A program made the translations under genes and the position numbers. Positions 10,501 to 19,380 of a DNA stretch of 36,562 nucleotides are shown here, in pieces (position 1 is the stretch's first letter; every line of letters starts with the position of its first letter). The stretch is from a virus. Taxonomy: Duplodnaviria > Caudoviricetes. The notes under the pieces were generated by a model. The model made no database searches and was not told where the DNA came from. It worked only from the letters and a program-made list of their open reading frames with translations. The stretch spans positions 1 through 36,562 of IMG/VR virus record IMGVR_UViG_3300037087_000137; one strand, written 5' to 3'.

Positions 10501-10692
10501 TTTGAGAGTATTCTGAATCTGATGCTTTAGATCGAACGGCATGTATTGCGCAGCCGGGTACGTCAGGAAGGTGCGCACGCGATCCGGATCGTCGGGCAGG
10601 GCATTCTGGAGCCACGCCATGAAGGCTTTGGGTTCGTTCGGCAGTGACCATTTCGGCATGCGCTCGAACTGAGGCTGCTCGCTCAGACTCAT
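7549..10692 (-). CDS. multi-effector polyprotein: unknown domain, two ART-like domains, zincin metallopeptidase
   Basis: Four repeat motifs separate modules: EAGYIAPSG...DHRDL; LYR...HWT...PEV; LYHAT...ISLTTD...EAEWR; HEFGH...EKFAELF. Confidence 0.8.
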   Translation of the reverse strand: MSLSEQPQFERMPKWSLPNEPKAFMAWLQNALPDDPDRVRTFLTYPAAQYMPFDLKHQIQNTLKYSDDEARDYQGRWTIGDAGPPDLEERAILQFGVTHDLSEAGYIAPSGIMLDFSGRSQAVGYHREGNQFVPDPKDRSHSAWPKDYLAGQRSIDHRDLGSLVSSQDRATDHLDPNDSHTASTMGRMLGAGYIRVLTTGGGDVNLEISRPMTDAQRTLVASAARNADTFTLDVSDPRTGDNIGSFSNYDSPGTSVGSIMRDANTAAAGKTSKRARTITISSGGKRRDDSLNPIIARVRAQLIALVSEHSNRNKYSDDQPRNDHGEWSAGESAMPETGTTKGDVSLPLYRYVPGDTLREGAGYGMHWTHDRKWVEEQAKDEHGFIVTAEHPGYDHVMDWDNPKDRPVMEREIGSYEYRDAVLPEVPIRPGTAMNVRSVEHIDADGNRTVVKESVTKRDVSDEPRDDHGMWTDGGGWTDPGEKPAGGLPAGFDQMTTDQQMDHFRAARIEREKWDTAINRGVALGKISPEDASKRGWVPNLPNGYESVAPLPDTLYHATVASDAVLANGLMTQDELQAAGIKSTGLGGGTTDTISLTTDKAYADRIAETMIESHDVATGKITMDDLAARAQAGGFVNGDEGMAHLYESTAGKGAYDNLLNGETRVTSMNKDFPGMVASEDQMKQTYGDLGWHPDLNGGHVTGGDGQERYTSWLRPSTPDEAQSDRFTAYRSFLLAQSVHGGPTDPVFWNPDPKYYAGLDTSQIGVVEAHPIPGAMGYFVSPAEAEWRTWSGDAVTVSAVKMARSGILKYSDDQARDDHGRWTSGAEGDDLPYGWVRLHDGSLLDNQGHPKNDTDLSRLRGGVQLQSQVAALNASHQGTWYTPSLAVMNPATMGPALQQLGKLQDEFPNATVNQITTRSLNPSRIAEFGPPYLGSENREVIAFNSNRWNNYAPSLGPTTNDWNANPTPEGYATHEFGHAVASSIFGGGLSGNSVSDYVKDLPYVSGYSHKDDQEKFAELFSQAYAPGPHYDDPAPTQLRAYLKDKGVTQ

Positions 10693-11354
10693 GGGACTAC
10701 CGTCACGGTCACGATTGTTTTGTCGCCCCTGACTCCAACGCTATCAATTCGCATATTGAGGCCCCTGTCCAGAAGCACCTCTCCCTCATTTGGGTGCAAG
10801 CTGACACTGCCGCCGATAGGCGCCTTGAGCGAGGTCAAGTCCAGCCCGTGGGTTCCCTCGTTCGTCTGAATACGAAGCATGATGTCGGACCCGAAGCGAT
10901 CTGTTACCGAAGACCCAAACTTGGTGGTCGAAATGAATCCCTTGTCTGAGATTACCGTTCCGACTGCCGCCTTCAGGTCTTTGGTAGCAAACCCATCTAC
11001 CTGATTGACTCCGCGGTTAAGAGTCATGGCAGGTAGGGTGTGGGTAGACATCATCTTGTCCAGCACGCGACGTTCGCGATCCACTTTGGACTGCGGCGGA
11101 GGTGTGTTTCCAAGATGATGGTCGCCCCAGTTGGAACGCCAGTCCACACCACGGAGGGTACCGTTGATCCCCGTGTAGTCCTGATCGGCATACTCGCGTA
11201 GCGCACGAAACTCAGTGTCGGAGACAGCGCCACCATCGCCGAACTGTCCGCCGTCGGGGCTGCCCGCTGGGACTCGGGGTTGGTCAGGGCTGTACTTGCG
11301 CAGGATCGCGGCTAGTTCGAGCAGGGCGGAATCAGGTAGAGCCGAGAGGTTCAC
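10689..11354 (-). CDS. VIP2/Alt-like ADP-ribosyltransferase
   Basis: Y..IN..LR, LNRGV, FISTT and EGEVLL (R-S-E triad). Confidence 0.85.
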   Translation of the reverse strand: MNLSALPDSALLELAAILRKYSPDQPRVPAGSPDGGQFGDGGAVSDTEFRALREYADQDYTGINGTLRGVDWRSNWGDHHLGNTPPPQSKVDRERRVLDKMMSTHTLPAMTLNRGVNQVDGFATKDLKAAVGTVISDKGFISTTKFGSSVTDRFGSDIMLRIQTNEGTHGLDLTSLKAPIGGSVSLHPNEGEVLLDRGLNMRIDSVGVRGDKTIVTVTVVP

Positions 11355-11536
11355 TGAGCCTCGTCTGGCTTAGCCTCTGGCTCCTTGCCGTCGTTCTTCC
11401 GAATGGAATCGCGCATGGACTCCACGACTGAGTCCGCAAAGGCGTCGAGTTCCTCTTCAGTCATGTTGTCCAGGTCTTTTGGCACGGGGAATGCTCCAAG
11501 GAACACCCGCCCGGTCTTAGCCTTCGGGTCGGTCAC
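11351..11536 (-). CDS. small acidic protein
   Basis: Overlaps the portal end; GTGA-coupled to the ART gene. Confidence 0.6.
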   Translation of the reverse strand: MTDPKAKTGRVFLGAFPVPKDLDNMTEEELDAFADSVVESMRDSIRKNDGKEPEAKPDEAQ

Positions 11537-14500
11537 CTGTGCCTCCAGTCGGTATCTCTGTCATGTTCACCACGTCCCAAATGGACTGTTGGTTACGGTC
11601 CTGGCCCAGTTGGATCGCCTGATCCAGACCCTGAGGATTCTCAACGGGATCGAGAACAACCTCGTTATGCGCTGTGTCCAACCAACCGCCAACCCAACCG
11701 GCCTTAGTCAGCTGAGAAGACTTGTCCTTTAGCCATCCCTTTACGAAGTCCCGAGCGGCCTTGTTGTCTGTCATGAACTTGGCGCTCTTCATTATCCCGC
11801 TGTGACCCTGAAGAGCCACGACGTACCCGGCGGTCGGAGGCTGACCAGTCCGTACATTCAGCGTGAAGCCGCCGTTCTCGCGGAGTGCGTCACGCATCGA
11901 GCCCACACTTGGGCTTCCGTCGCCTGTGCCAAACCGGCCATGGTCATCCCGCGGCTGATCCGGCGAATACTTGGTGAGTGTGGCAGAGTCGTCGGAGACC
12001 GTCAAGGGGTTTATTCCCCGCTTGTGCAGTTCTTTCTCAACCGCGCCTAGGAGAGCGGTGACGATCTTCTGCTTCTGTGGGTCGGTCCATCCTTGAATCG
12101 GACCTGGGAGTGGTCTGTCGAGTGTTGGATGAATGAGTTCTCGGAATATGTCCGCGTCCCATCTGGCCGCGTCAATCGCCAGTTGGGTACCAGGACCGCC
12201 CAAATTGCGACTCGGAGCAAACAGGTCTGAGAGGATTTCTTTGATAGGTCTGTTCACGAACTGTTTCGGGTTGGGATAATCGTGGAAAATGTCCATGGAA
12301 TCGTCACGTGTCCCGAGCCCCTCGCCAGCGCGGCCGGGGTCTGGAAGAGCCTGACCAGCGTCCGAACCACCCGAGGTCCATTGGCCGTGGTCATCCCGCG
12401 CCTCGTCGTCGCTGTACTTGTCCACAGGCGCAAGCTCACCGACTCGACAGTTGGTGCAGTCAGGGCCCCGCTCGAACTTGGTCATAGGGCTGTTGCACCG
12501 TGGGCAGCGACGCCCCTCACCCTGTGAGCCAGTCATATCGAAGTCGAGAGGATTCTGGCCGTCGAGATCGAACGGTGCAATGCCCGTCGCAAGCGGAGCA
12601 GACAGCCCGAACGACTTGATCCGATCTCTTGCAGCATCGAGCGCGGATGCACGCTCCATTCGTTCCAGGTCCGCGGTGAGCAGACGCATCTGGATTGGAT
12701 CGAGCGCGGCAGGCTTGAACCTTGCGATGGTGCCCCTCTTGCGTAGGAAGCGACTTATCACGGCTAGTTCTGCCATCTGAGCTTTCTTGATGCTGTCCGA
12801 CTCGTCCTGCATTTGCAGACCCCAGTCGGCTGTGTCGTCCATGCCCGTACCGATGAAGGCAGGTACTTCGTCCCAACCTGCGTCCTTGGCTCCGAGGGTA
12901 CGGTGCCAGCCGTCGGCAATGTCGTACTTGTACTCGCTCTGGTCCTGACGCTCAATCAGGACAAGGGGGTCCATTGAGGCACCCTGCTTCAGGGAGCCGG
13001 AAATGTCGTTGACCTTCTGGGGGTTACGTCCACCCGGACGCCGGGCCATGTTGATGTCGGATAGCTTGACCTTGGGGTCGTATTCCCAGTTGCCAGTCTT
13101 GACCCACTCGACGGCCTTCTCAGGATACGAGCGGAGCAGGTAGGTATAGACGATCTTGGCCAGGTCGCCCTTGTACTTCACGTGAGCCTTGACTAGATCG
13201 GCAACGGTCAACTGATCGGTGAACGCTTGGTCTGCGGCGATCTTGGCGGCAGAGTCCCAGCCAAGATCGGCTAGTTTCTTCTTGGGCTTCGCTGGCGCGA
13301 CCGGGGCGACGGCGGGTGTCTGCGTACCCGTTGCGACCGGAACGCTCGGCTGCGTGGCTGTGCCGGGCACAGCGGGCTTGCTACCGGGTGCTGCACCGTC
13401 AGTGGGTGGATGCTTGGTGACATCCTTGAGGTTGTCCGCAAATCGGTCGGCCAGTTCGTGGCGTCCCTTCTTGCGATCCTTCTTCTTGTCGGATAGCAAG
13501 GCGGCAGCGGGGTTGTGCTTCGGCTTGTCTGGATTCTTACCCAAGTCAGGCTGCAAGGCAGCCGTGAGGGCTTGTCCGGCTGGACCGCCAGCAGGAGCAC
13601 CACCCGGCAGGCCGCCGGGAGCGGCAGGCGGAGGCGGTGACGGAACGTTCGGGTCGAGCGAGATGATCTGACTGCCGACCATGATGAACGGAGACTGAGT
13701 CAGTGGGAAGCCGTAGGCGTCGTCGCCGTTCTCAATGCGCTCCTGGTCGATGGTGGACTGACCGGAGAAGATGAGGGTCTGTTGAGTCGTCGCCTTCTTC
13801 TCGTCGTCCTCCTCTTCCTCGAAGTCCAGCCACTTCCATTCAAGGTCTTCCTGCTTGAAAACAGTCTGGATGATGAGGTCGAAGCAAGACTCCTTCCACC
13901 AGTTGCGGTCAGGCTCGGTGCGCTGTTCAGTGACAGAGGCGTTCTGCTGCTCCGCGACACCCTTACCGCCGGACAGCCCACCGGATTTGCCACCCGGGAG
14001 CATGCCGATTTCGTGAGGCTGGATGTGCATAATCATCGCCACTTGCTCTGCGATCATCTGGTCTATCTGCCACTGGCCGTCCATGTTCTTCTGTGGCTCG
14101 GATGACGAACCCGGAGGCAACACGATGATGCGGTGCTTCCATGCCTGGTCGCCTGCAATAGCGTTCAGGGTGTCCTGCAACTGGCGCTGCTGGGCAGGTG
14201 TGACGTACTGCGTTCCGGCGATGACGAATGTACCGGGGATCGAGCCCTCACCGTAAAAGTCAAGTAGGTAGTTCTGGCGCAACATCCCCAAGGTGAACGG
14301 GATCAGCGCTTGCTCGACCGGACCAAAGCCATAAGGCGAGTTGATCCGCGGCAAGCGCGGCATGTAGAGCAGCTGATCGCCCCGGTATTCCTTGACAGGT
14401 TCGAGGTCTTCCTTGACTCCGGCAGCAGCAAGGTCCTCTTTCATCGTTTCGAGGTCTGCGTCGGTCATGATGGCCTGATACTCAGATCGAGGCACACCCC

Positions 14501-15245
14501 AGAGATACTGCTGATATGCGGGGGCCGGTGGACGAGGCTTGGCCCCCGACAGGTCGTACAGCGGACGAATGCTGGCACCGTCGAGCAACTGAAGTTCGGA
14601 CAGGTCGGAGCCAAACAGGCCCTTGCCTTCTACCCGAGTCGGGGCAAGATAGAGCGATAGGGCATCGATGACGATCTGCTGTTCGAGCGCCGCCGTGAAC
14701 CAGTTCTGAAAACCGTAGTAGTTCGAGTCCAGATGCTTGAACCACTTGACGATCTTCTGAGCCCTCTCTCTCAGGTCCTTGACCGCCCCTTTGTCTCCCT
14801 TGGAAACGGCCTGAGCGTCAGCGGTTGGTCCAATGTCCCAGGACAGCCCGGCCATTTCGTCCCGTCGGATGTTGATGCAGGTACGACCCACGCTATACAT
14901 GTCGGCGTACTTGTAGAGCACGCTGAACGGCGCGAGTTTGAACCCACCCTCGGTGCCCGGCTGCCCAACCGGAAGGTTCCAGCCGATGGGGTACTGATAG
15001 CGTCTTGGACCGGCACGTCCCGAATCCTCGGGTGTGTCGATGGGCATGGGAGGAATCGGAGATAGAGGACCGAACGCTCCATTGAGGAAGTCGGTCATCG
15101 GACGCGGTAACGCGGGCCCGATCTGTCGGCCCGCTACCCACTGAGAATAGCCCCCCACCAACGGGGAGATGCCGGGCACGGTGCCCGTGGTCATTTGGCT
15201 CTGAGCCGAGAGGGCGTTGGCAATATCCTTGGCGCTAGGTGCCGT
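11517..15245 (-). CDS. portal protein with long C-terminal extension (Pro/Ala linker, ParB-like domain, Zn ribbon, two motif-led domains); first ATG at 15194, SD-supported start ACG at 15245
   Basis: Portal-like LLDGASIRP, PYGFGPVE, FYGEGSIP and TIDQER motifs; IADGWHR ParB-like motif; CPRC..CTNC. Confidence 0.85.
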   Translation of the reverse strand, partial: TAPSAKDIANALSAQSQMTTGTVPGISPLVGGYSQWVAGRQIGPALPRPMTDFLNGAFGPLSPIPPMPIDTPEDSGRAGPRRYQYPIGWNLPVGQPGTEGGFKLAPFSVLYKYADMYSVGRTCINIRRDEMAGLSWDIGPTADAQAVSKGDKGAVKDLRERAQKIVKWFKHLDSNYYGFQNWFTAALEQQIVIDALSLYLAPTRVEGKGLFGSDLSELQLLDGASIRPLYDLSGAKPRPPAPAYQQYLWGVPRSEYQAIMTDADLETMKEDLAAAGVKEDLEPVKEYRGDQLLYMPRLPRINSPYGFGPVEQALIPFTLGMLRQNYLLDFYGEGSIPGTFVIAGTQYVTPAQQRQLQDTLNAIAGDQAWKHRIIVLPPGSSSEPQKNMDGQWQIDQMIAEQVAMIMHIQPHEIGMLPGGKSGGLSGGKGVAEQQNASVTEQRTEPDRNWWKESCFDLIIQTVFKQEDLEWKWLDFEEEEDDEKKATTQQTLIFSGQSTIDQERIENGDDAYGFPLTQSPFIMVGSQIISLDPNVPSPPPPAAPGGLPGGAPAGGPAGQALTAALQPDLGKNPDKPKHNPAAALLSDKKKDRKKGRHELADRFADNLKDVTKHPPTDGAAPGSKPAVPGTATQPSVPVATGTQTPAVAPVAPAKPKKKLADLGWDSAAKIAADQAFTDQLTVADLVKAHVKYKGDLAKIVYTYLLRSYPEKAVEWVKTGNWEYDPKVKLSDINMARRPGGRNPQKVNDISGSLKQGASMDPLVLIERQDQSEYKYDIADGWHRTLGAKDAGWDEVPAFIGTGMDDTADWGLQMQDESDSIKKAQMAELAVISRFLRKRGTIARFKPAALDPIQMRLLTADLERMERASALDAARDRIKSFGLSAPLATGIAPFDLDGQNPLDFDMTGSQGEGRRCPRCNSPMTKFERGPDCTNCRVGELAPVDKYSDDEARDDHGQWTSGGSDAGQALPDPGRAGEGLGTRDDSMDIFHDYPNPKQFVNRPIKEILSDLFAPSRNLGGPGTQLAIDAARWDADIFRELIHPTLDRPLPGPIQGWTDPQKQKIVTALLGAVEKELHKRGINPLTVSDDSATLTKYSPDQPRDDHGRFGTGDGSPSVGSMRDALRENGGFTLNVRTGQPPTAGYVVALQGHSGIMKSAKFMTDNKAARDFVKGWLKDKSSQLTKAGWVGGWLDTAHNEVVLDPVENPQGLDQAIQLGQDRNQQSIWDVVNMTEIPTGGTGDRPEG

Positions 15246-15356
15246 TAAGCCACCTCGGAGTTAGGAGAGAGGTCGGGTTGGGGAGCGTGGGAGTGAGCGC
15301 CATGGAAACGCCACAGTCCATCTAAACCCAACAGCTGGACTGACACTCGGCCGACC

Positions 15357-15779
15357 TCATGAGGGAGTTTCAATGACAAGGTTCTCTATCCATTTTACGT
15401 TTTCCTTAGGCCACTCGTCGTCACGCCAGAACTCCACCTCTGCTGGCGTCTGTCCACCAGTCTGGAAACGGATGCGTTTGACCCTCGGACAAGCGGCCGT
15501 GTGAACACCGCCGCAGTTCGCACACTTTGAGGCGGCAAGAACATTGTACTGCTCTAGTGTGACTGTTTCGGGATCGGCTGGTGCGAGTTGACGTATCTGG
15601 TTAGACAAGTTCTCGTTTGCGTCCCGAAGCCGGTCGATCTTTACCTCGGCGTCCGTGAGATCGTCGTCCAAATCGTCCTTGTCACCAACGAGACGATTGA
15701 TGACACTATTCAGCCGTTCTATTTCTTTTTGTGCGATGACGAGTTGACTCTTGTAGTGTGTGCGCCAGCGACTATTCAA
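15357..15779 (-). CDS. coiled-coil plus Zn-finger hypothetical protein
   Basis: GGAGAGG SD plus TTG at 15779; heptads; CANCGGVH...C. Confidence 0.65.
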   Translation of the reverse strand: MNSRWRTHYKSQLVIAQKEIERLNSVINRLVGDKDDLDDDLTDAEVKIDRLRDANENLSNQIRQLAPADPETVTLEQYNVLAASKCANCGGVHTAACPRVKRIRFQTGGQTPAEVEFWRDDEWPKENVKWIENLVIETPS

Positions 15780-15973
15780 TTCGGTCGCCTCTCCGATATG
15801 TGTGCCGCTTTCTCCCAAGCGTTCAGAGCCAAATTCCACTCCAAGCAATCTTCGCAGACCACTACGACATTTCCTTTGGTGTCGGCGTTGAACAACTTGG
15901 TCTCATCTTCTTTGGTGGCCGGGACGTTTGCCTCGAACTCCATCTTACAGGAGTAACAGGTATAGGTTGTCAT
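15776..15973 (-). CDS. small Zn-ribbon protein
   Basis: CYSC...CEDC. Confidence 0.6.
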   Translation of the reverse strand: MTTYTCYSCKMEFEANVPATKEDETKLFNADTKGNVVVVCEDCLEWNLALNAWEKAAHISERRPN

Positions 15974-15978
15974 AGCCG

Positions 15979-16302
15979 TCACCCTTGGTCGCCGAAGCCA
16001 CCCGTCATGAACAACACGAGCCAATACAGCTGCGGTATGAGTCCGATGCCGCCGATGAGAAACCGCACGACAATTCGGCCGGTGTCCTGACTCCAAAAGA
16101 TATTGCCAACCTCCGTGTTGAGAACGGTCAACAGGAAGACGTTGGTCAGGATCGTGATGCCCACGGCAACCAATGCACGCTCTCTCAGAGCACGCACCTC
16201 AGGCGCATGGCGGGAAGCTCGAACGAGAATGACTGCCACCGGCCAATCAAGTACGGCCGCCAGGATCAGAAGTAGGATCACAACGCTGCTCAGCGTTTCC
16301 AA
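15979..16302 (-). CDS. three-TM membrane protein (lysis-cassette-like)
   Basis: Three hydrophobic segments; GGAGG SD. Confidence 0.7.
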   Translation of the reverse strand: METLSSVVILLLILAAVLDWPVAVILVRASRHAPEVRALRERALVAVGITILTNVFLLTVLNTEVGNIFWSQDTGRIVVRFLIGGIGLIPQLYWLVLFMTGGFGDQG

Positions 16303-16475
16303 AGACGGCCTCCGGCTCTCTCATATGACTGGACCATTAGCGTGGCCCGATCTTGGGCGTCGGCCACTCGTTTCATGCTTCTTTTCACCTGCAAGACTAC
16401 ATCGTTTGTACGTGCCTCGCGAGCCTCTTGATCCTCACGCTTGTACCATGGCATAAGCCGTTCGAGGAGTTTCAT
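16290..16475 (-). CDS. small helical protein
   Basis: ATGA-coupled within the membrane-gene cluster. Confidence 0.65.
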   Translation of the reverse strand: MKLLERLMPWYKREDQEAREARTNDVVLQVKRSMKRVADAQDRATLMVQSYERAGGRLWKR

Positions 16476-16723
16476 TTCTCCCCCCTGCGAACACCTGCAA
16501 TGAAGCCGTCGAACTTGTCTGCCAATGCCGTGAGGGCGGCCACAGTTTGTTCGCCAATCGCGGTAGCCTTGTCGCCCCGTTCAACTTCGCGGTCGTAGAT
16601 GACTCCCGGTACGAGCTTGCCGGTGTAGATGAGGGCCAGCACACCGAACATCACGAATACGGCGAATACCCATCCGCCAGCGTCCGTGATGGGTTTGAGG
16701 GCTGCTAGGAGTGCCGGGTCCGC
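16472..16723 (-). CDS. single-TM holin-like protein; SD-supported start GCG at 16723
   Basis: AGGAGG-TCTTA-GCG-GAC-CCG; TM GGWVFAVFVMFGVLALIYTG followed by KLVP. Confidence 0.65.
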   Translation of the reverse strand, partial: ADPALLAALKPITDAGGWVFAVFVMFGVLALIYTGKLVPGVIYDREVERGDKATAIGEQTVAALTALADKFDGFIAGVRRGEK

Positions 16724-16732
16724 TAAGACCTC

Positions 16733-16942
16733 CTAATGCTTCCGCCGAGCCAGGCCCAATTCTTCGGCCATAGCTCGGCGGATAGAAACGGTGACTTCCT
16801 CAGAGAGGTAGGGACCGATGGCGTGGAAGAAGGCGCTTATGACCGCGTTCTGGAGACGAACATGCTCACGAGAACACCAATCCTCGTGCTTGCTTATTCG
16901 TTTCGTTGTGCGGTGCAGAGCCGATCTTCGCGCCTTTGCCAC
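16733..16942 (-). CDS. hypothetical protein
   Basis: Abuts the upstream stop codon. Confidence 0.5.
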   Translation of the reverse strand: MAKARRSALHRTTKRISKHEDWCSREHVRLQNAVISAFFHAIGPYLSEEVTVSIRRAMAEELGLARRKH

Positions 16943-17287
16943 TTACTTGGTCAGGAACTCGCGGTCGGTCTCTTCGTTGTAATCAAACGAGAATCCCAAC
17001 TGCGACAGAATCCAGTTGATGACCAGCGGCCAGACCTCACGGCGCAGAATGCCGATCACGGTGTAGGCGACTGTGGTCACAACGAGCAATGTTTCCGCCG
17101 TCGCCTCAGTCGTGTTGTGAGGCAACACCAGATTGAGAGCGCTGACTGCGGCCACAACTCCAACGACGATGTCGCGGAGGACCTTCTGAGCACCGACCGG
17201 AAGGATATCCCACGTGTTGGCCAGGAAGAGGATTACCGCCGAGACGGCTCCTCCGAACGCCTGGATAAGCCGATTGATGAACGCCAT
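16943..17287 (-). CDS. holin-like multi-TM protein
   Basis: Three hydrophobic segments and a charged C-terminus. Confidence 0.65.
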   Translation of the reverse strand: MAFINRLIQAFGGAVSAVILFLANTWDILPVGAQKVLRDIVVGVVAAVSALNLVLPHNTTEATAETLLVVTTVAYTVIGILRREVWPLVINWILSQLGFSFDYNEETDREFLTK

Positions 17288-17414
17288 GTTGACCCTTTCC
17301 GACTAGCTAGTTGATTGAGCAGACTGCTAAAGGGAAGTGTAGCGCATAGAGAAAGGCGCCAGAGCGAAGTGCCCTGACGCCTTTCGAGCAAGAGGGGGAG
17401 AGTAAATGGTTGCA

Positions 17415-17443
17415 AGCCTAAGAGGCTAGGTCGTCTCTGTCAA
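17415..17443 (-). promoter_or_regulatory. sigma70-type promoter for the membrane/head gene block
   Basis: TTGACA, 17 bp, TAGGCT on the minus strand. Confidence 0.55.
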
Positions 17444-17896
17444 GACCTCTTCTTCACGTCGCTTGACGTGTGTTACATCCTCTTCTCGCACTAACTCTTC
17501 CCAGTCCCGCATTGCTTCACCAACGAGATAGGTGATACCCATGCGATACGTGCAGCCTTCGTGCTGGCACGCGCCTCGATATGGATAGGAGCGACACATC
17601 CATGGGCGTTGCTCGTACGCCGTACACAGTCGAGTCTCGGTGTCCCAATGACGACACGTGTAGAGCGGTTGTGGGCTGTACTCGATCCACCTAGGTAGCG
17701 CACCCAGCCCGAGGTCGGTCCAGCGCTCGATTGCCTCGTGACGATTGAGAGGGACGAGCATGTCGGCGATGAACTGGCGCTCCGTCAGTGGATCGCCTCC
17801 CGGGTCATACCAAGCGGCAATGCCGTCGGGCCCAGCTACTTCCCAGGACAGTGGAAACACTGCACAGCAGCGGCCGTCGCAGGTCGGCTCAGACAC
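17426..17896 (-). CDS. YkgJ-like cysteine-cluster protein
   Basis: CDGRCC...CRHWDTETRLCTAYEQRPWMCRSYP. Confidence 0.75.
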   Translation of the reverse strand: MSEPTCDGRCCAVFPLSWEVAGPDGIAAWYDPGGDPLTERQFIADMLVPLNRHEAIERWTDLGLGALPRWIEYSPQPLYTCRHWDTETRLCTAYEQRPWMCRSYPYRGACQHEGCTYRMGITYLVGEAMRDWEELVREEDVTHVKRREEEVLTETT

Positions 17897-18055
17897 CGAG
17901 ATGACTCTTGGTTACCCAAGCCCAGTAGGCGCGGAGGCGCCAGGAGAACGGGACTCGTGTCAGATCGTGTAAATCGCACGTATGGCCGCAACCACAGTTG
18001 GACCAATGACAGGCGACCCAAGGAGTATGTCGGTAGAAGATGCGACGCCAGACCT

Positions 18056-19380
18056 TCACGACTGGCTGTCCATTTCTGCCTTGTCTCGTTCGTTTTGAAT
18101 GCGAGCCCCGAGCGCCGAGATGGCCAGGTCGAGGTCCTCTTCACGGTTGCGTGCGGTGGCCATGTGGACCACACACTCCTCCCAGGAGTCGTAATCGATG
18201 GCCTCTTGCCCTACGTGGTTGAAACACTGCCCTGGGTGCTGGCCTCCGAGTAGAACTTCTTCCGCGGCTTTGAGCACGTTCATGACAGCAGGTTGAACGG
18301 CAAGAAATACGACCGCAGCCCTTCCGTCCTCCATGTTGAGGTAGAGGCTCTTAGCGGCCTTGGCACGGAGAAAGACATGCTCGAACTCGTTACTCGTCTG
18401 CATCGACCCACTCCACGGATGCAACGACCTTGACTACGTCGGTCTCGGCTACGGGTATGCGCTCGGGATGAATCACGACGCTTCCGGCCATGTGGCCCCA
18501 CTTGGACAGGAGCAGACTACCGCTGTCGGTTCGCCCCTCGACCACCATGACCTCTCCGGTGGACTTGAGGCGGACGTGATCGCCAGCGGTGAGGTAGGAC
18601 ATCAGAGCACCAGACCACAGATGGTCGCAATGATTGCACAAGCGGCGAACAGGACCATGAAGATGAGGCCGGTCCCCGCGGAAGCTATCGCCTCGTCCGC
18701 GGTCCAAGTGGAAGGAGAGGCGAAGAGGCAAATCAGGAACCACAGGCACATCCCCAACGCGGCGATGAGCAGCCCCACTATGAGGCCGACATTGAACGGG
18801 TCCATCATTCCTCCGTTGGAATTGGTGTCAGGCGAGAGTCGCGCTTCGAGGCGATCTGTCTCGTCGCCGTCAGGATGGCGCAGCACTCCTCGCCGATCTC
18901 ACCCTGGTCAACCTCTTCGAGCCATTGCTGCGTGTGCGATTCGAGGACGGTCCTCAGGGAGGCCTTCAGCTGTTCCTGTAGGCCGTCATCGAGCTTGTAG
19001 GTGCGGTTCTGCTTGGCCACTTACCAAATCCTCTCCTGGTTCGCATCTTCCCGTTGGGCTAGATCATCGACCCTTCGCTGGCACGTGTCAAGCCCGTCTA
19101 GCAGGGGTTCGTCATGCGTGGAGCAGTAACCTGTCGGCCAGCCAGCCTTCTTGCCACAGGGCGCGCTCGCGTCATAACAGCGAAGCCCTCGCCCAGGGTC
19201 GGCCGAAACCTCAACCTCGTCGGGCTCCCAGACTGGCAGGAGCAGGCCGTCCTCGACCGCTTCCTTGGCGCGTTCGCGCATGTGAGACATGCTTTCCAGT
19301 CGTCCGGTCGTCTCATCGAACTGACGCTCGACCTCTACGAACCCGAGGCGTGCTTCCTCAACCTCCACTTTGTAATTCAT
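18056..19380 (-). other. run of about five short coupled hypothetical ORFs
   Basis: ORFs ending at 18056, 18390, 18602, 18805 and 19021 abut or overlap one another; starts uncertain. Confidence 0.55.

Noticed and set aside
5877-12420. CRISPR array or DGR template/variable repeats
   Set aside because: The repeats are in-frame coding, irregularly spaced and show no adenine-specific variation; no cas or reverse transcriptase gene is present.
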